DNA of 64,000 bases from a virus (IMGVR_UViG_3300037225_000932:1-64000); one strand, 5' to 3'; positions 1-10,958 are shown, counted from the stretch's first letter. The notes: generated by a model not told the origin, from the letters alone. Made by a program: numbers and translations.

Positions 1-678
1 ATTTAAATAATAATCATTTAATATGTTTGCCGTATTATCTGTAGAAAAATCGTTTACAACAAACACAATCCATTTTTTATATTTTTGAGAAACAACAGCA
101 TCTAAAGTTGTTTTTATAAATTTTTCAGAATTAAAACATGGTATTATTACAGCCACAAGAGGTTCTTTTGCTTCATCTTTTATAGCTTCTAATCTCATTA
201 TTGTATCTTTCCACATAGGAATATCATACTTAGGACCAATAGGAACTCTTTTTATTTTTTCATTGTTAAATCCAGCCCAACCTAATGTGCTCCTTAATTG
301 AGTTTCAGTATATCCAAACTTATGAGCATGTCCAGAAAACCAAGGAAAACCATAAAAATGAGGATAAAAACTTACTCTATCTTGTTCATTACTTGCTAAA
401 AATTTCTTACAAGTTCCAAGCAAATCTGGACATTCTATAATAAGCTTACCGCCTGGTTTTAATACTCTAAACCATTCTTTTAAGGCAGCAATACCTTCAA
501 AAAAATCAAAATGTTCAATTAAATGACTTGTTAAAACTTCATCAACAGAATTGTCGTCAAAAGAAAGCTTTAAAGCATCACATTTCATATTTGCTAGTGA
601 ATTATGTAAATCACAATTTATATAATCTTTTAGAATTACATCTCCACATCCTAAATTTAATTTTATTATTTTTGACAT
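1..678 (-). CDS. SAM methyltransferase + GT2 glycosyltransferase fusion (partial, runs off window start)
   Basis: Hand-translated, not in ORF track: MSKIIKLNLGCG..SHLIEH..EWFRVLKPGG followed by VIIPCFN..VVNDFSTD GT2 motif. Confidence 0.85.
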   Translation of the reverse strand, partial: MSKIIKLNLGCGDVILKDYINCDLHNSLANMKCDALKLSFDDNSVDEVLTSHLIEHFDFFEGIAALKEWFRVLKPGGKLIIECPDLLGTCKKFLASNEQDRVSFYPHFYGFPWFSGHAHKFGYTETQLRSTLGWAGFNNEKIKRVPIGPKYDIPMWKDTIMRLEAIKDEAKEPLVAVIIPCFNSEKFIKTTLDAVVSQKYKKWIVFVVNDFSTDNTANILNDYYLN

Positions 679-679
679 A

Positions 680-1180
680 TTATTTTTCAGCAACCATCCT
701 TAAATGAATATCCTCTAAACCCTTAATCAGATATACAGACATAGGATTAACTCTTTTAATATTCTTAAAACCCATATTATTTAATGTCCATTTTAATTGA
801 GTTTCTGTATACAAAAACTTATGTGTTTGTCCTGGAACCCAAGGCCAGCAAAAAAAATGTCCATAAAGTTTTATTCTCAAATTTTCATCTGCTTCTATAA
901 ATCTCTTACAGCTATTTAAAAAGTCAGGAGTTTCAACTACAAGTCTTCCTCCTATTTTCAATTTTTTATACCATTCTTTTAATACGGATTGACCTTCAAA
1001 AAAATCAAAATGTTCAATTAAATGACTAGCAAATATTTCATCAACAGAGTTGTTGTCAAAAGGTAAACACTTAGCATCAAACTTCATATCAGCATCTTCA
1101 TTATATAAATCGCAATTTATATAGCCCTCCAAAACAGAAGACCCACAACCTAAGTTTAATTTAATAAGATTATTTTCCAT
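680..1180 (-). CDS. class I SAM-dependent methyltransferase
   Basis: KLNLGCG motif I, SHLIEH, LKIGG; paralog of the N-terminal domain of the adjacent gene. Confidence 0.85.
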   Translation of the reverse strand: MENNLIKLNLGCGSSVLEGYINCDLYNEDADMKFDAKCLPFDNNSVDEIFASHLIEHFDFFEGQSVLKEWYKKLKIGGRLVVETPDFLNSCKRFIEADENLRIKLYGHFFCWPWVPGQTHKFLYTETQLKWTLNNMGFKNIKRVNPMSVYLIKGLEDIHLRMVAEK

Positions 1181-1181
1181 A

Positions 1182-1661
1182 TTATATGTTATTTTTTAAT
1201 TTTAATATTTCACTAAAAACTACATTTTCATCTACAAAATAATCTTTATTAAATTCTTCTGTTTCCCAGGTAAAAAATTGATATACTCCTTTTCTTAAAT
1301 ATTTTCTATCTTTTAATAAATTTATATTAAAATCATATCCAAATATATTAGGATCGCTTTTCGACCATAAAACAATTCCACGTTTTTTTAAAGAAGAAGC
1401 ATAATGTTGAAAAAAATTATCAACAGAAATATAAATAAAACTATTTAAAATTAGTTCTTTTAAGTCTTTTAATTTTAAATTAAATCTAACCTCATCTACT
1501 CCCTCAATAACTGATTCTCCGGATATACCAGTTTGTATTATATAAAAATCATTTTTTTTCAATAAGGAAACAAGTTCTTTCCAATATGGATAATTTTTTG
1601 GATTTTCTTTACCATTTCTTAATTTTCTACTATATGGAGAAATTAAAATATAATCTTTCAT
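1182..1661 (-). CDS. GT9 (heptosyltransferase-like) C-terminal half
   Basis: ISPYS..KNYPYWKELV, ISVDNFFQHYA resemble the GT9 nucleotide-sugar-binding domain. Confidence 0.6.
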   Translation of the reverse strand: MKDYILISPYSRKLRNGKENPKNYPYWKELVSLLKKNDFYIIQTGISGESVIEGVDEVRFNLKLKDLKELILNSFIYISVDNFFQHYASSLKKRGIVLWSKSDPNIFGYDFNINLLKDRKYLRKGVYQFFTWETEEFNKDYFVDENVVFSEILKLKNNI

Positions 1662-1670
1662 TTTTAATCC

Positions 1671-4600
1671 TTACAAATATTTTTTTCTATAAGCTTTTTC
1701 CAAACTTTCTATCCAGTTATTGTCTATACAAAACTTATATATATTATAATCGTCATTATTCTTTCCAAAATTCTTACAAAGTTCATTTCCTTCTGCTATA
1801 CTAATAAGTCTAATATCTTTGTCATCTTCAAAAATTTCTGGGAAACAAACAGCAAGAGTTATATTTTTATATTTTTTTCTTAAATCTGGAAGAATATTTC
1901 TAAAAACAACATGATCTCCCATCCCACAATCCAAAATAATCAATTTGTTTTCTGTATTTTTTTGAATATTCCATTCTTTTAATTTTCTGTCAAAAACCTG
2001 TTCATCAAGTTGCCAATAATTAGTTTCTTTATATTCTCTTATTCCGCCCTGAGATTGCCTAAAATGCCAAGTTCTTGCTCTTGTATCAACTAATAATTTC
2101 CAACCATTTCTTTTCATTTCATAAGTAAAAATTGTTTCTTCTCTATGGGCTACCGGAGAAAGCTCTAAACAATATCCGTGTTTTCCAGCTTCTTTTTTAT
2201 ACAAGAAAGAACTATACAAATGATCAACTTCAATAATTTTATTTTCTTGTGGAACCATCCATTGAACATTAGACGCATATCTAATGTCTTCTATTTTTCC
2301 AGAGACATTACTAACCTTTCCCAACGATCTTGGATCTATTACCAATCCTGCAACGGCCCCTATTTTTTCATCTTTATTTATTGTTTCTAATAAAAACTCT
2401 AAAGCAGTATGCTCCGGGAGAGCATCATCATCCACACGCCAAAGCAAAGGAGTTTTAGAGTTTTCCAATATATGCTGATGATTAAGTAGTTGTCCTTTTT
2501 GCTTTCCATAAACAACTTCCCATTCTATTCCACTAAAAGATAATAGGTTAAAAATACATTCATATGTTTCATTTTTCCTTAAATCTGTATGTTCTCCATC
2601 TTGATATAAAACAAACCTATCCGGCTTAACGGTCTGATTTATTATACTATAAATAACCGATGGTAGTGTAGTAAAATATCTATTTTTAGAAGAAGCATAA
2701 GCTGTTACACCATTTTTCTTATTTTTTATTGGCATAAATTTGTTCTCTTTTATAAAATCAATCTCATCAAAATGTGCTAAATTATCCAAAACATATTTAG
2801 GAAGAGTTTTATCAGGACTAAAATAAGAAAATTTTACACCTTTTCTATTAAAAATATCTATTCCTTCTTCAATACTTTTATCTAATATGTTTTTATCTTT
2901 ATTTTCTATAGTATTATTTTCTTGATGTGCAGAATTCTCTATTTTATCAATAATAGAGTTAACATTTCCAATATAGCTAAAATGCCATCCTCCATCTTTT
3001 ATGATTGGACATTCTTTATAAAATCTTATTTCATCACAGGTTTTTCCCATTTCTTTAAAAACCTTATATGGCAAAATTTTTACCCACTGCCACACTCCAT
3101 CATTTATTTTGCAATTTAATTTATAATAATAAAGATCTTGTTCTAAACAACACAATCCTTGCTCTGCTTTATATTCTTTTATTCTTTCTGATTTAGGTAT
3201 TTCATCTACATCTGATATAATAACTATATCATCATCATTTAATAAAGACAAAGCTCTACTTATATTATTTCGTTGATGTTTTTCGTATATCCATGTTTTC
3301 CTTTCTCCAATAAATTCTGGCCAACTATCTACTTTAATGTGTATTATTTTATCTAAAAACTTTTTATATCTATCTTTATTTTCTTCAAAATATAAAGGCT
3401 TTTGTTTGTTATTAAAATTTCTCGTTCCCTCTATTATAACAAAATAATCTACAACATCATATAATTCATTTAATCTTATATCTAAAATATCAAATTCGTT
3501 TAAAAATCCAAAACAATCATATATTTTCCCTTTTTTATATTTTTTATGGCACCAGATATCTTCTAAAACAGAAATATCATTACCAAATACATCATTAACA
3601 GCCTTAATAACTCCTTCACTTCCTAAATTGTTTATATTATAATCATGTCCACAAATAATACCATTATTTTTAAGTTTCGGCATCCATTTTTCTATATCCT
3701 CTTTAACTGATTCGTAAGAGTGGTCTGCGTCAATAAATATCATATCTAAAGAATTATCCCCAACACTCAAAGAGGCTTCTAGTGAAGTTTTTTCTAATAA
3801 AGTAACTCTATCTTTAATTCCAAATTTGTTTATATTTTTTTCAAATATTTCTCTATTTTCTTTTCTTTCAATGATTGTAGCATTTCCATTTATACCTAGA
3901 AATGGATCAACAACAATAACTCTTAAGTTCTTTTTTATTATTAAATCAGAAATAGAACACAAAGATCTTCCATAAAGAGATCCTATCTCTGCTATTATAG
4001 AATTATCAGGAATATTATTTATAATATTTTTATATGTAGATATATGGTAACTGGTAAAATATCCTTCAGGAAGGTTATCTTTATTACATTCAATTCTCAT
4101 ATTATATCCCCAATGTTTAAATTGAGGCTCTTTTTTTTTCATATTAATAAACCCAACCTCGAATAAATGTTCACACAATATTTCATAATACCATCCAAAA
4201 AGATGACCATAAGGCAAACAGGTTGTCCCATATATACAATTTAAAAGTTCATATTTACCAATTTTATCTTTTTCCTTAAAATGATTACATATTTCAAGAA
4301 TATCAGGAACCTCTATTATAAGTTTATCTCCTCTTTTTAATATTCTAAACCATTCTCTTAGTGTATATAATACCTCAAAAGGAGATATATGTTCTAAAAC
4401 CTGTATTGCCATTATTTCGTCAACCGACTCATCATGAAAATGATCTAATTTTCTAATATCAAGTTTCATATCTGCTTTTTCATTATATAAATCAATATTT
4501 ATATAACCGTCCAATAAAGCAGATCCACATCCAAGATTTAATTTTACAAATTTATCTTCTTTTTTATTCCACAATAACATTAAAGAACTTACATCTTTTT

Positions 4601-6554
4601 CATCAAAGATATAATCTTCATATTTCACTATTGTTCCATCTCCTATAAATGATAAATAGACATCAAAGTCTGGAAAATCTTTTTCAGTTAAATTATGAAG
4701 TTTATGATATTTTCCAAATTTTCCTGGTGTTTCTTTTAAAGGAACTGTTATAAGTAATCTTTTACAATACTTTTTTAATTCTTGTGCTATTTTTATTCCA
4801 TTATCTAAATGTTCCAAAACTTCAAAAGCAATAATAGTATCATAAAAACCAAACTTAAAATCATCAATTTTTACACATTCAAATTTTGCGCCAGAAATAT
4901 CTCCAAACTCTTTTTTAGCAAAATCTATTATTTTTTTATCATAATCTATACCTAAATAGTCTAAATTAGGAATATCTCCAAAAAATCTCAGTCCATAACC
5001 GGAAGAACATCCTATCTCAAGTATTTTGTTACCTAATATATTTTTTTTTGCCCATTTATATTTTTCAGCCTCTATTGGTCTTAAGTGGTCTTTTTTTCCA
5101 GCAACCCAACGCTCAAAACCATTTCCATATTCCTTTTGAATATCATCATGTTTAATAGCAACGTTATATCTATTAAAAAGAATATTTCTATTTTTTGTTA
5201 AAACAGCTTCTCCGTCTTTTATTTTTCCGAATGTCTCTTCTCCCTTATGATAAATAGGAAATCCACCAATCATTTTTTTATCAGCATAATATGAATTACT
5301 TTCAAAAGGAACTTGGACTATCTCATATCCTAAATCTTGAGCTTTTACACAAAAATCTACATCTTCTCCAAACCCAGGATTAAATATTTCATCCAATATC
5401 CCAATCTTATCAAATAATTTTCTATCAATCATTACACAAAAGAATATCAAAAACTCTCTTTCAGAATAAGGACAACGAACCTTCATCGGACCAGTTATTC
5501 CGACATTTTCGTCCCTAAATGGCTCAACTAACATATTTATCCATTTATTTTTTTCGCTACTCAAAATAACAGTATCATCATTTAATAATATCACGTATTT
5601 ACCATTAGAAACTTTTATACCAGCATTCGTCGCTTTAGTATATCCCATTCCATCATCAAACCAAACTAACTTAAATCTGTCTCCTAAGCCTTCTACATAT
5701 TCTTTAGTCCCATCCTTACATCCATTAGCAACTATAATAATTTCTATATCAGAAAGGTCAGTATATTTTATTATACTTTCTATACAAGGCTTCAAACAAT
5801 CTTCTAAATGATTATATGTTGGTATTATTATAGAATATTTCACATTATTTTCTTTCTTGCCATATCTTTTATCGAGTATTTTTTTATTTTGCGCAAATAA
5901 ATTTTCAGTATCTGATTTTGGAAGATGAACAAAAGTAGATCCTCCATTATGATATACGGGAAAATCTCCAACCATTTTTTTCTTAACATCATTTCTTCTC
6001 AACTCTGTGTTAGGAACTTGAACTAACTTATATCCTCCACTCTTTACTTTCATACAAAAATCAACATCATCTCCATATCCCAGTCCAAAAATCTCATCTA
6101 TCAAACCAAATTTATCAAACATCTCGTTCTTTATTAAAACACAAAAAAATAACAAATAATCTATATTTAGATCATCTTTTATACCAAACAAAGGACCAGT
6201 TATACCAACCTTATTATACTGTAAAAAAGGTTCTAATAACATATTTATCCAGGTATTTTTTTCTTGAACCAATAAAATAACATCATTATTTAACAGTAAT
6301 ACATATTTTCCCTTAGCCTCTTTAATACCAAAATTTATTGCTTTTATATATCCCACAGCCTCATCAATCCAAACTAATTTAAATTTATCTCCTAGACTTT
6401 CTATATATTCTTTAGTTTTATCTTTACATCCATTGGCTACTACAATAACTTCTATATTAGACAAGTCAGTATATTTTATTATACTTTCTATACAAGGCTT
6501 CAAACAATCTTCTAAATGATTATATGTTGGTATTATTATAGATATTTTTGTCAT
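1671..6554 (-). CDS. giant multidomain glycosyl-/methyltransferase (GT2-GT2-MTase-MTase-MTase-GT17-like-GT-A-GT9 N-half)
   Basis: Two IIIPTYN..LLN(N/D)D GT2 repeats; LEIGCSSG, KLNLGCG and AEIGSLYG..FIDADHSY methyltransferase motifs; KIYDCF..NEFDILDIRLNEL..SDVDEIP..GGWHFSY GT17-like; WRVDDD; C-terminal GMGDHV. Confidence 0.85.
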   Translation of the reverse strand: MTKISIIIPTYNHLEDCLKPCIESIIKYTDLSNIEVIVVANGCKDKTKEYIESLGDKFKLVWIDEAVGYIKAINFGIKEAKGKYVLLLNNDVILLVQEKNTWINMLLEPFLQYNKVGITGPLFGIKDDLNIDYLLFFCVLIKNEMFDKFGLIDEIFGLGYGDDVDFCMKVKSGGYKLVQVPNTELRRNDVKKKMVGDFPVYHNGGSTFVHLPKSDTENLFAQNKKILDKRYGKKENNVKYSIIIPTYNHLEDCLKPCIESIIKYTDLSDIEIIIVANGCKDGTKEYVEGLGDRFKLVWFDDGMGYTKATNAGIKVSNGKYVILLNDDTVILSSEKNKWINMLVEPFRDENVGITGPMKVRCPYSEREFLIFFCVMIDRKLFDKIGILDEIFNPGFGEDVDFCVKAQDLGYEIVQVPFESNSYYADKKMIGGFPIYHKGEETFGKIKDGEAVLTKNRNILFNRYNVAIKHDDIQKEYGNGFERWVAGKKDHLRPIEAEKYKWAKKNILGNKILEIGCSSGYGLRFFGDIPNLDYLGIDYDKKIIDFAKKEFGDISGAKFECVKIDDFKFGFYDTIIAFEVLEHLDNGIKIAQELKKYCKRLLITVPLKETPGKFGKYHKLHNLTEKDFPDFDVYLSFIGDGTIVKYEDYIFDEKDVSSLMLLWNKKEDKFVKLNLGCGSALLDGYINIDLYNEKADMKLDIRKLDHFHDESVDEIMAIQVLEHISPFEVLYTLREWFRILKRGDKLIIEVPDILEICNHFKEKDKIGKYELLNCIYGTTCLPYGHLFGWYYEILCEHLFEVGFINMKKKEPQFKHWGYNMRIECNKDNLPEGYFTSYHISTYKNIINNIPDNSIIAEIGSLYGRSLCSISDLIIKKNLRVIVVDPFLGINGNATIIERKENREIFEKNINKFGIKDRVTLLEKTSLEASLSVGDNSLDMIFIDADHSYESVKEDIEKWMPKLKNNGIICGHDYNINNLGSEGVIKAVNDVFGNDISVLEDIWCHKKYKKGKIYDCFGFLNEFDILDIRLNELYDVVDYFVIIEGTRNFNNKQKPLYFEENKDRYKKFLDKIIHIKVDSWPEFIGERKTWIYEKHQRNNISRALSLLNDDDIVIISDVDEIPKSERIKEYKAEQGLCCLEQDLYYYKLNCKINDGVWQWVKILPYKVFKEMGKTCDEIRFYKECPIIKDGGWHFSYIGNVNSIIDKIENSAHQENNTIENKDKNILDKSIEEGIDIFNRKGVKFSYFSPDKTLPKYVLDNLAHFDEIDFIKENKFMPIKNKKNGVTAYASSKNRYFTTLPSVIYSIINQTVKPDRFVLYQDGEHTDLRKNETYECIFNLLSFSGIEWEVVYGKQKGQLLNHQHILENSKTPLLWRVDDDALPEHTALEFLLETINKDEKIGAVAGLVIDPRSLGKVSNVSGKIEDIRYASNVQWMVPQENKIIEVDHLYSSFLYKKEAGKHGYCLELSPVAHREETIFTYEMKRNGWKLLVDTRARTWHFRQSQGGIREYKETNYWQLDEQVFDRKLKEWNIQKNTENKLIILDCGMGDHVVFRNILPDLRKKYKNITLAVCFPEIFEDDKDIRLISIAEGNELCKNFGKNNDDYNIYKFCIDNNWIESLEKAYRKKYL

Positions 6555-7372
6555 ATTATTACTTTATTTATAGATGTATATATATCTCTAGGAGTATATT
6601 CTTTTTTATCATTTTTCTTTTCTTCTATAAGCAAAGATGCTAAAGAAGATATTATACCAAGTGCAGCTATTTGTGATGGAGCTTTAATATATTTATCTTT
6701 ACTAAAAGTTGTATAATAATCTGTTTTAAGAATGTTTTTTTTACTAGTTTTACCTTCAGATAACAAAGAAATACTCTCATCCTTTATGGAACAATTAACT
6801 CCAAATATCTCAGGATAAATAGATACAAAATCAATATTTTTATTTTCATTGTCATCATTTTTAGAAATAAGTTTTTTTTCAGCAAGAGAAAAAATACAAA
6901 TATTTGAATTATAAGCTTTAGAAATAGCATTTCTTAATATAGATATCTCATAAGACATTTCACTACATATAGTTATAATATCTACACCTTTTATAATAGA
7001 CCATAATATAGAAGAAATTAAAGAAGATTTAGAAGTATCACCAAAATCATTATAGGTTTTAACAAAAAAAAGTTCCGACCTAGGAGCCAAACCAATTAAT
7101 TGTTCACTATTAGAAGAAATTATTCCAGACAACAATGTTGAATATCCAAAAACATCGTCTGGATTTTTTGTTTGAGGAGAAAAAACTTCAAAGAGTTTAA
7201 TATTTTTTATATCCTTATGAGAAGGAACTCCAGTAGAAATAATAGAAATTTTCACTCCTTCTCCTTTATATTTTTTACTAACACCAAAAGAAGTTGGATC
7301 ATATATAAAAGGAGGATTTGGTATACAATCTAATATTTTTTTATTTTGAAATTTTTTTAATCTATTAAGCAT
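6551..7372 (-). CDS. subtilisin (S8)-fold protein, catalytic triad apparently lost
   Basis: KGEGVKISIISTG (D->S), DVFGYST (H->Y), GLAP; GTS motif replaced by APSQIAA; ATG at 7372 preferred. Confidence 0.65.
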   Translation of the reverse strand: MLNRLKKFQNKKILDCIPNPPFIYDPTSFGVSKKYKGEGVKISIISTGVPSHKDIKNIKLFEVFSPQTKNPDDVFGYSTLLSGIISSNSEQLIGLAPRSELFFVKTYNDFGDTSKSSLISSILWSIIKGVDIITICSEMSYEISILRNAISKAYNSNICIFSLAEKKLISKNDDNENKNIDFVSIYPEIFGVNCSIKDESISLLSEGKTSKKNILKTDYYTTFSKDKYIKAPSQIAALGIISSLASLLIEEKKNDKKEYTPRDIYTSINKVII

Positions 7373-7373
7373 A

Positions 7374-8090
7374 TTACAAAATATTCTTAGGTATATCATA
7401 CAATATACCCGATCCGAACATCTCTATTTTAAAATTATAAGGAATAGTTTTTAAGAAATAAATATTCTTTCTTAGATATAAGGCAATATTCATAGTAAAA
7501 AAATCATCTGTTATTATGCTATAGCATCTATTTACTTCGTCCATTTTTTTTAATATATTGTTCTTAAAAGGTATATTCCAAAGAACAGATCTTTCTAGTT
7601 TTAATTTATTACATATATAATTTTTCAAATTATAATTAGCAACAGCAACACCAACTCTATCTTTTTTCGTTCTATTTTTAGGATAATATTTAAAATAAAA
7701 TCCCTCACCAGACCACACACTTCCTGCTAGTCTATGATATATTTGAAATAAATTCATTTTTATTGGAGTATTTCCATATAAAGCCTCATAATATTTTTCT
7801 ATATTATCTAAATAGTTAAACCCTGTCTTATTCTTAGAGTTAAATTTTAATAAAGTATCATCAAAATCAGGATTAAGATTTATAAGTTTATCAAATTTAA
7901 TATTTAATAATTTTTGAGGAAAAGAAGTTAAAGTAAAAACTTCTTTAATATATTGATTATTTTTATATATACAAGAAGACCTATCATCTTTTACTAAAAC
8001 ATAAACATTATTATTTTTAATGTTTTTTAATATTGTAGTAGAAACAAAACACTCACATGGAGTTCCTAAGTGAATTATTAAAATATTCAT
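7374..8090 (-). CDS. degenerate GT9/heptosyltransferase-like protein
   Basis: MNILIIHLG..FDKLINL..IITDDFFTMNIA pattern. Confidence 0.5.
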   Translation of the reverse strand: MNILIIHLGTPCECFVSTTILKNIKNNNVYVLVKDDRSSCIYKNNQYIKEVFTLTSFPQKLLNIKFDKLINLNPDFDDTLLKFNSKNKTGFNYLDNIEKYYEALYGNTPIKMNLFQIYHRLAGSVWSGEGFYFKYYPKNRTKKDRVGVAVANYNLKNYICNKLKLERSVLWNIPFKNNILKKMDEVNRCYSIITDDFFTMNIALYLRKNIYFLKTIPYNFKIEMFGSGILYDIPKNIL

Positions 8091-8099
8091 AATGCTTTC

Positions 8100-8732
8100 T
8101 CAAAAATCATCAGGAAGTAAAGATCCCTCATTCGATGTTCCTCCTCCCACGCTCCTTGTGGGTCCAGAATCTATCTCAATATCTATAGCGTCTTTTCCTG
8201 GACTCCTATTATTACCTACGTTTTCTATGTATTTATCTACCTTATCTCCAACTATTATAGAATCCAGTTGTTGATCTATCTTTTCTTGCTCCTTAGATTG
8301 TTCTCTCTGTATTTTTTGAACTTCACTAAGAGTTATTATTTCTACAAAATCTTTATCTAAAAGATGTTTTAATGTTTTATTCTTTTCAAAAATATCATTG
8401 CCAAACTTTTCATATATATTTTTTAACGGACAAAAATCAGTGGGACCACCAAAAGTAAAATCTAATTCATTAATATGTATATGTCCTTTTTTAGATCTAA
8501 CAAATAATGGTTCATTTTTAATTTCTTTTTTTATACCTTCTTTTTTGTAAATAGATTTAACAGTCTTTACTATCTCAAGAGGATCTACCAATATAGCATT
8601 TGTAATATATAAAACTTTCTGTCCACCTAAAAGTTTTTCTAAAATATTTATGTCGCTAAAAGATATAATTTTCATTCCTTTTTCGGAATATAGTTTTATT
8701 TGCTGATTTTTTATATCAAGAAATACTATCAT
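8100..8732 (-). CDS. hypothetical protein
   Basis: 210-aa ORF coupled by overlap to the upstream gene. Confidence 0.7.
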   Translation of the reverse strand: MIVFLDIKNQQIKLYSEKGMKIISFSDINILEKLLGGQKVLYITNAILVDPLEIVKTVKSIYKKEGIKKEIKNEPLFVRSKKGHIHINELDFTFGGPTDFCPLKNIYEKFGNDIFEKNKTLKHLLDKDFVEIITLSEVQKIQREQSKEQEKIDQQLDSIIVGDKVDKYIENVGNNRSPGKDAIDIEIDSGPTRSVGGGTSNEGSLLPDDF

Positions 8733-10117
8733 TTAATATTCTCCCATATCTCTTTTAACCTATTAACAACATTCTTAGAAGCTACATTTATATCATAATT
8801 TTCTTTAATAAACTTTTGTAATTTATTATTTTTTTCTTTTGCTTCTCTATAATTTTCAAAAACCTCTCTCATTAATTGACTGGCTTTCATTATAGTATTT
8901 TCATCTGTGAGCTCCGGAAATAATTGATTATCCCAATAATGAACGTGCATTTTTCCTGAACTAATAGGAGATATTTTATCTACATCCAATAAATAAGAGT
9001 TATCTTTCTTTAAAAACATCGTATGACCACTTATATTTGTAGATATAACTGGAAGTCCGCATAAAGATGCTTCACAGAACGTAATGCCAAATCCTTCACC
9101 CCTCGAAAATGATACATATGCTTTTGCTGACTTATATAATCCTGGCATTTGTTCTTCCGGAATAACCATTCCAGATTTTGCTATATGAGGAGCATTCTTT
9201 TTAGACGCATTTAGATATTGTTTAATCGTGTCTCTAACGGTATCTGTCTTTACACTATCACAAATATATCTACTCACAATTAAAAGAGAAACAGGATCAT
9301 TATCAGAAAACTCATCTAAATAAGCCTTTAACAAAACATCATATCCCTTTCTATAACTCCAACCAAATACGCTTAGAAACACAAAATCTTTTAGTTTAGG
9401 CTTAAACTCATAAGTTTCACAATTTTCATTATAAAGATTTAAATCTATAGAATCCGGAAAAACTAATATATTCTTCTTTAATCCCTGTTTAACTAAAACT
9501 TTTTTACAAAAATCAGAAGTCACCCAAATCTCATTATAATTATTTGCCGCATCAATAAACTGCTGGGGAACCGAGCCCGCCTCTACTGTTGTATAGAGTA
9601 TCCTATATGATCCTCCCCCAAACATATTACTAAATGTTGGGATCATACTATCTATTACTATTGCTTTATTACCTACTGATTTATTTATTTTAGCAAGTTG
9701 TCTTACTTCATATTCATTTATTTCGTTTGTCTTATTAACTGCTTCTATATTTACATTTATGCCATTATTATTTAACCCTATTGCTAAATTTCTATTGACT
9801 TTAGCATATCCACCTGCCTCATAAAAGTGTCCTCTTATTTTTACTTCTATATTATTTGTTATTTCTATTTTTTCTTCTGGTTTTTTTGTAATTTCTTTTT
9901 TTTGCGATTTTCTTTGTATATCTAAAAGATTTTTCTCAAAAAGACTATCTTCACATTCTGTTATTCTTATATTTCCAGAAGATAAAAGCATTCTAAAATG
10001 TTGTGATTTTTTTGCACTATCTAAAGAAATCTCTTGTTCTTTTTCGTTAAGATAAGGAATAGAAAGATTTATATCACCTAAAAAAATTGTATTATTAGAC
10101 AAATTGATAAACTTCAT
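8729..10117 (-). CDS. GT4-family (GT-B) glycosyltransferase with N-terminal extension
   Basis: RKGYDVLLKAY and SRGEGFGITFCEA..GLPVI motifs; ATG at 10117 (MKFINL) preferred over the low-complexity upstream extension. Confidence 0.85.
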   Translation of the reverse strand: MKFINLSNNTIFLGDINLSIPYLNEKEQEISLDSAKKSQHFRMLLSSGNIRITECEDSLFEKNLLDIQRKSQKKEITKKPEEKIEITNNIEVKIRGHFYEAGGYAKVNRNLAIGLNNNGINVNIEAVNKTNEINEYEVRQLAKINKSVGNKAIVIDSMIPTFSNMFGGGSYRILYTTVEAGSVPQQFIDAANNYNEIWVTSDFCKKVLVKQGLKKNILVFPDSIDLNLYNENCETYEFKPKLKDFVFLSVFGWSYRKGYDVLLKAYLDEFSDNDPVSLLIVSRYICDSVKTDTVRDTIKQYLNASKKNAPHIAKSGMVIPEEQMPGLYKSAKAYVSFSRGEGFGITFCEASLCGLPVISTNISGHTMFLKKDNSYLLDVDKISPISSGKMHVHYWDNQLFPELTDENTIMKASQLMREVFENYREAKEKNNKLQKFIKENYDINVASKNVVNRLKEIWENIK

Positions 10118-10205
10118 AATAATTTTATCGACAAATACACAAAAAAACTCCAGCAAAAAAAAACTGGAGTTATGAATAAAAAAAACAATAAACATAAATT
10201 TATTT

Positions 10206-10403
10206 TTAATCTTTTTTCTTTTTAGATTTATTTTTCACATCCTTTACACATTTTTCATATTTTTCTGGTTCTTCTTTTTTATTTACCGTAGTATAACAAA
10301 CCGCGAACGGATTAATATCATAATGTTTTCCTTTATAATCTATACCTTTCTTTTTACTCTTTTTCTTTGCTTCAATATATTTAGCAGTTTTTATTATTTT
10401 CAC
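10206..10403 (-). CDS. small basic protein with MKIIKTA leader
   Basis: GTG start; NPFAVC..KYEKCVKDVK. Confidence 0.65.
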   Translation of the reverse strand: MKIIKTAKYIEAKKKSKKKGIDYKGKHYDINPFAVCYTTVNKKEEPEKYEKCVKDVKNKSKKKKD

Positions 10404-10644
10404 TCTTTCTCTCCTTTAATTTATTTTCCATTTTATCTAAAGATGTATAATAGTTTGAGAATTCGTCCAAATGATCTTTAGAAATTTCTTTAGCAAAATC
10501 TTCGTCTTTAGTATGCTCTTTTTCTACTTCTATGCCTCTTTTTAACTGATCTTTATCATAATCACTATCTTTTCGCTTCTTTTCTAAAGTAAGTTTATCT
10601 AATACATCTTTATCTTTAATTTTTGCTGTTTTTATTATTTTCAC
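10381..10644 (-). CDS. DUF5661-like protein with MKIIKTA leader
   Basis: QLKRGIEVEKEHT..KDHLDEFSNYYT motif; same 5' DNA (gtgaaaataataaaaac) as its neighbour. Confidence 0.65.
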   Translation of the reverse strand: MKIIKTAKIKDKDVLDKLTLEKKRKDSDYDKDQLKRGIEVEKEHTKDEDFAKEISKDHLDEFSNYYTSLDKMENKLKERKSENNKNC

Positions 10645-10958
10645 TTTAGACCCTCTTTATTTAATACTATTTCAATGAATTCATTCACTTCTCCTTGTGG
10701 CATTTCTCCTAAATCCTTAAATGAATCAGGAACTTTATACCATTTGTCTGCTAATCTTTTTAATTCATTACCAGCATCATCATTATCTAAAATAGCAATA
10801 ACTCTTTGTCCTAATAGTCCCAATTGTTGTTCTACAGCAGGTTTTTTACCTGCTCCCAAAACAGCAATACACGGCAAACCTATATTGTGAATTTTTATCG
10901 CATCAAAAATGCCTTCCACAATAAATAAAAATGGCTTATTTTTATCTAGACTCTCCCA
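10641..10958 (-). pseudogene. C-terminal (TOPRIM) part of primase-like gene interrupted by a TnpB element
   Basis: WESLDKNKPFLFIVEGIFDA..AVLG..ILDNDDAG TOPRIM motifs; joins in frame to 12250-12520 when the insert is removed. Confidence 0.8.
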
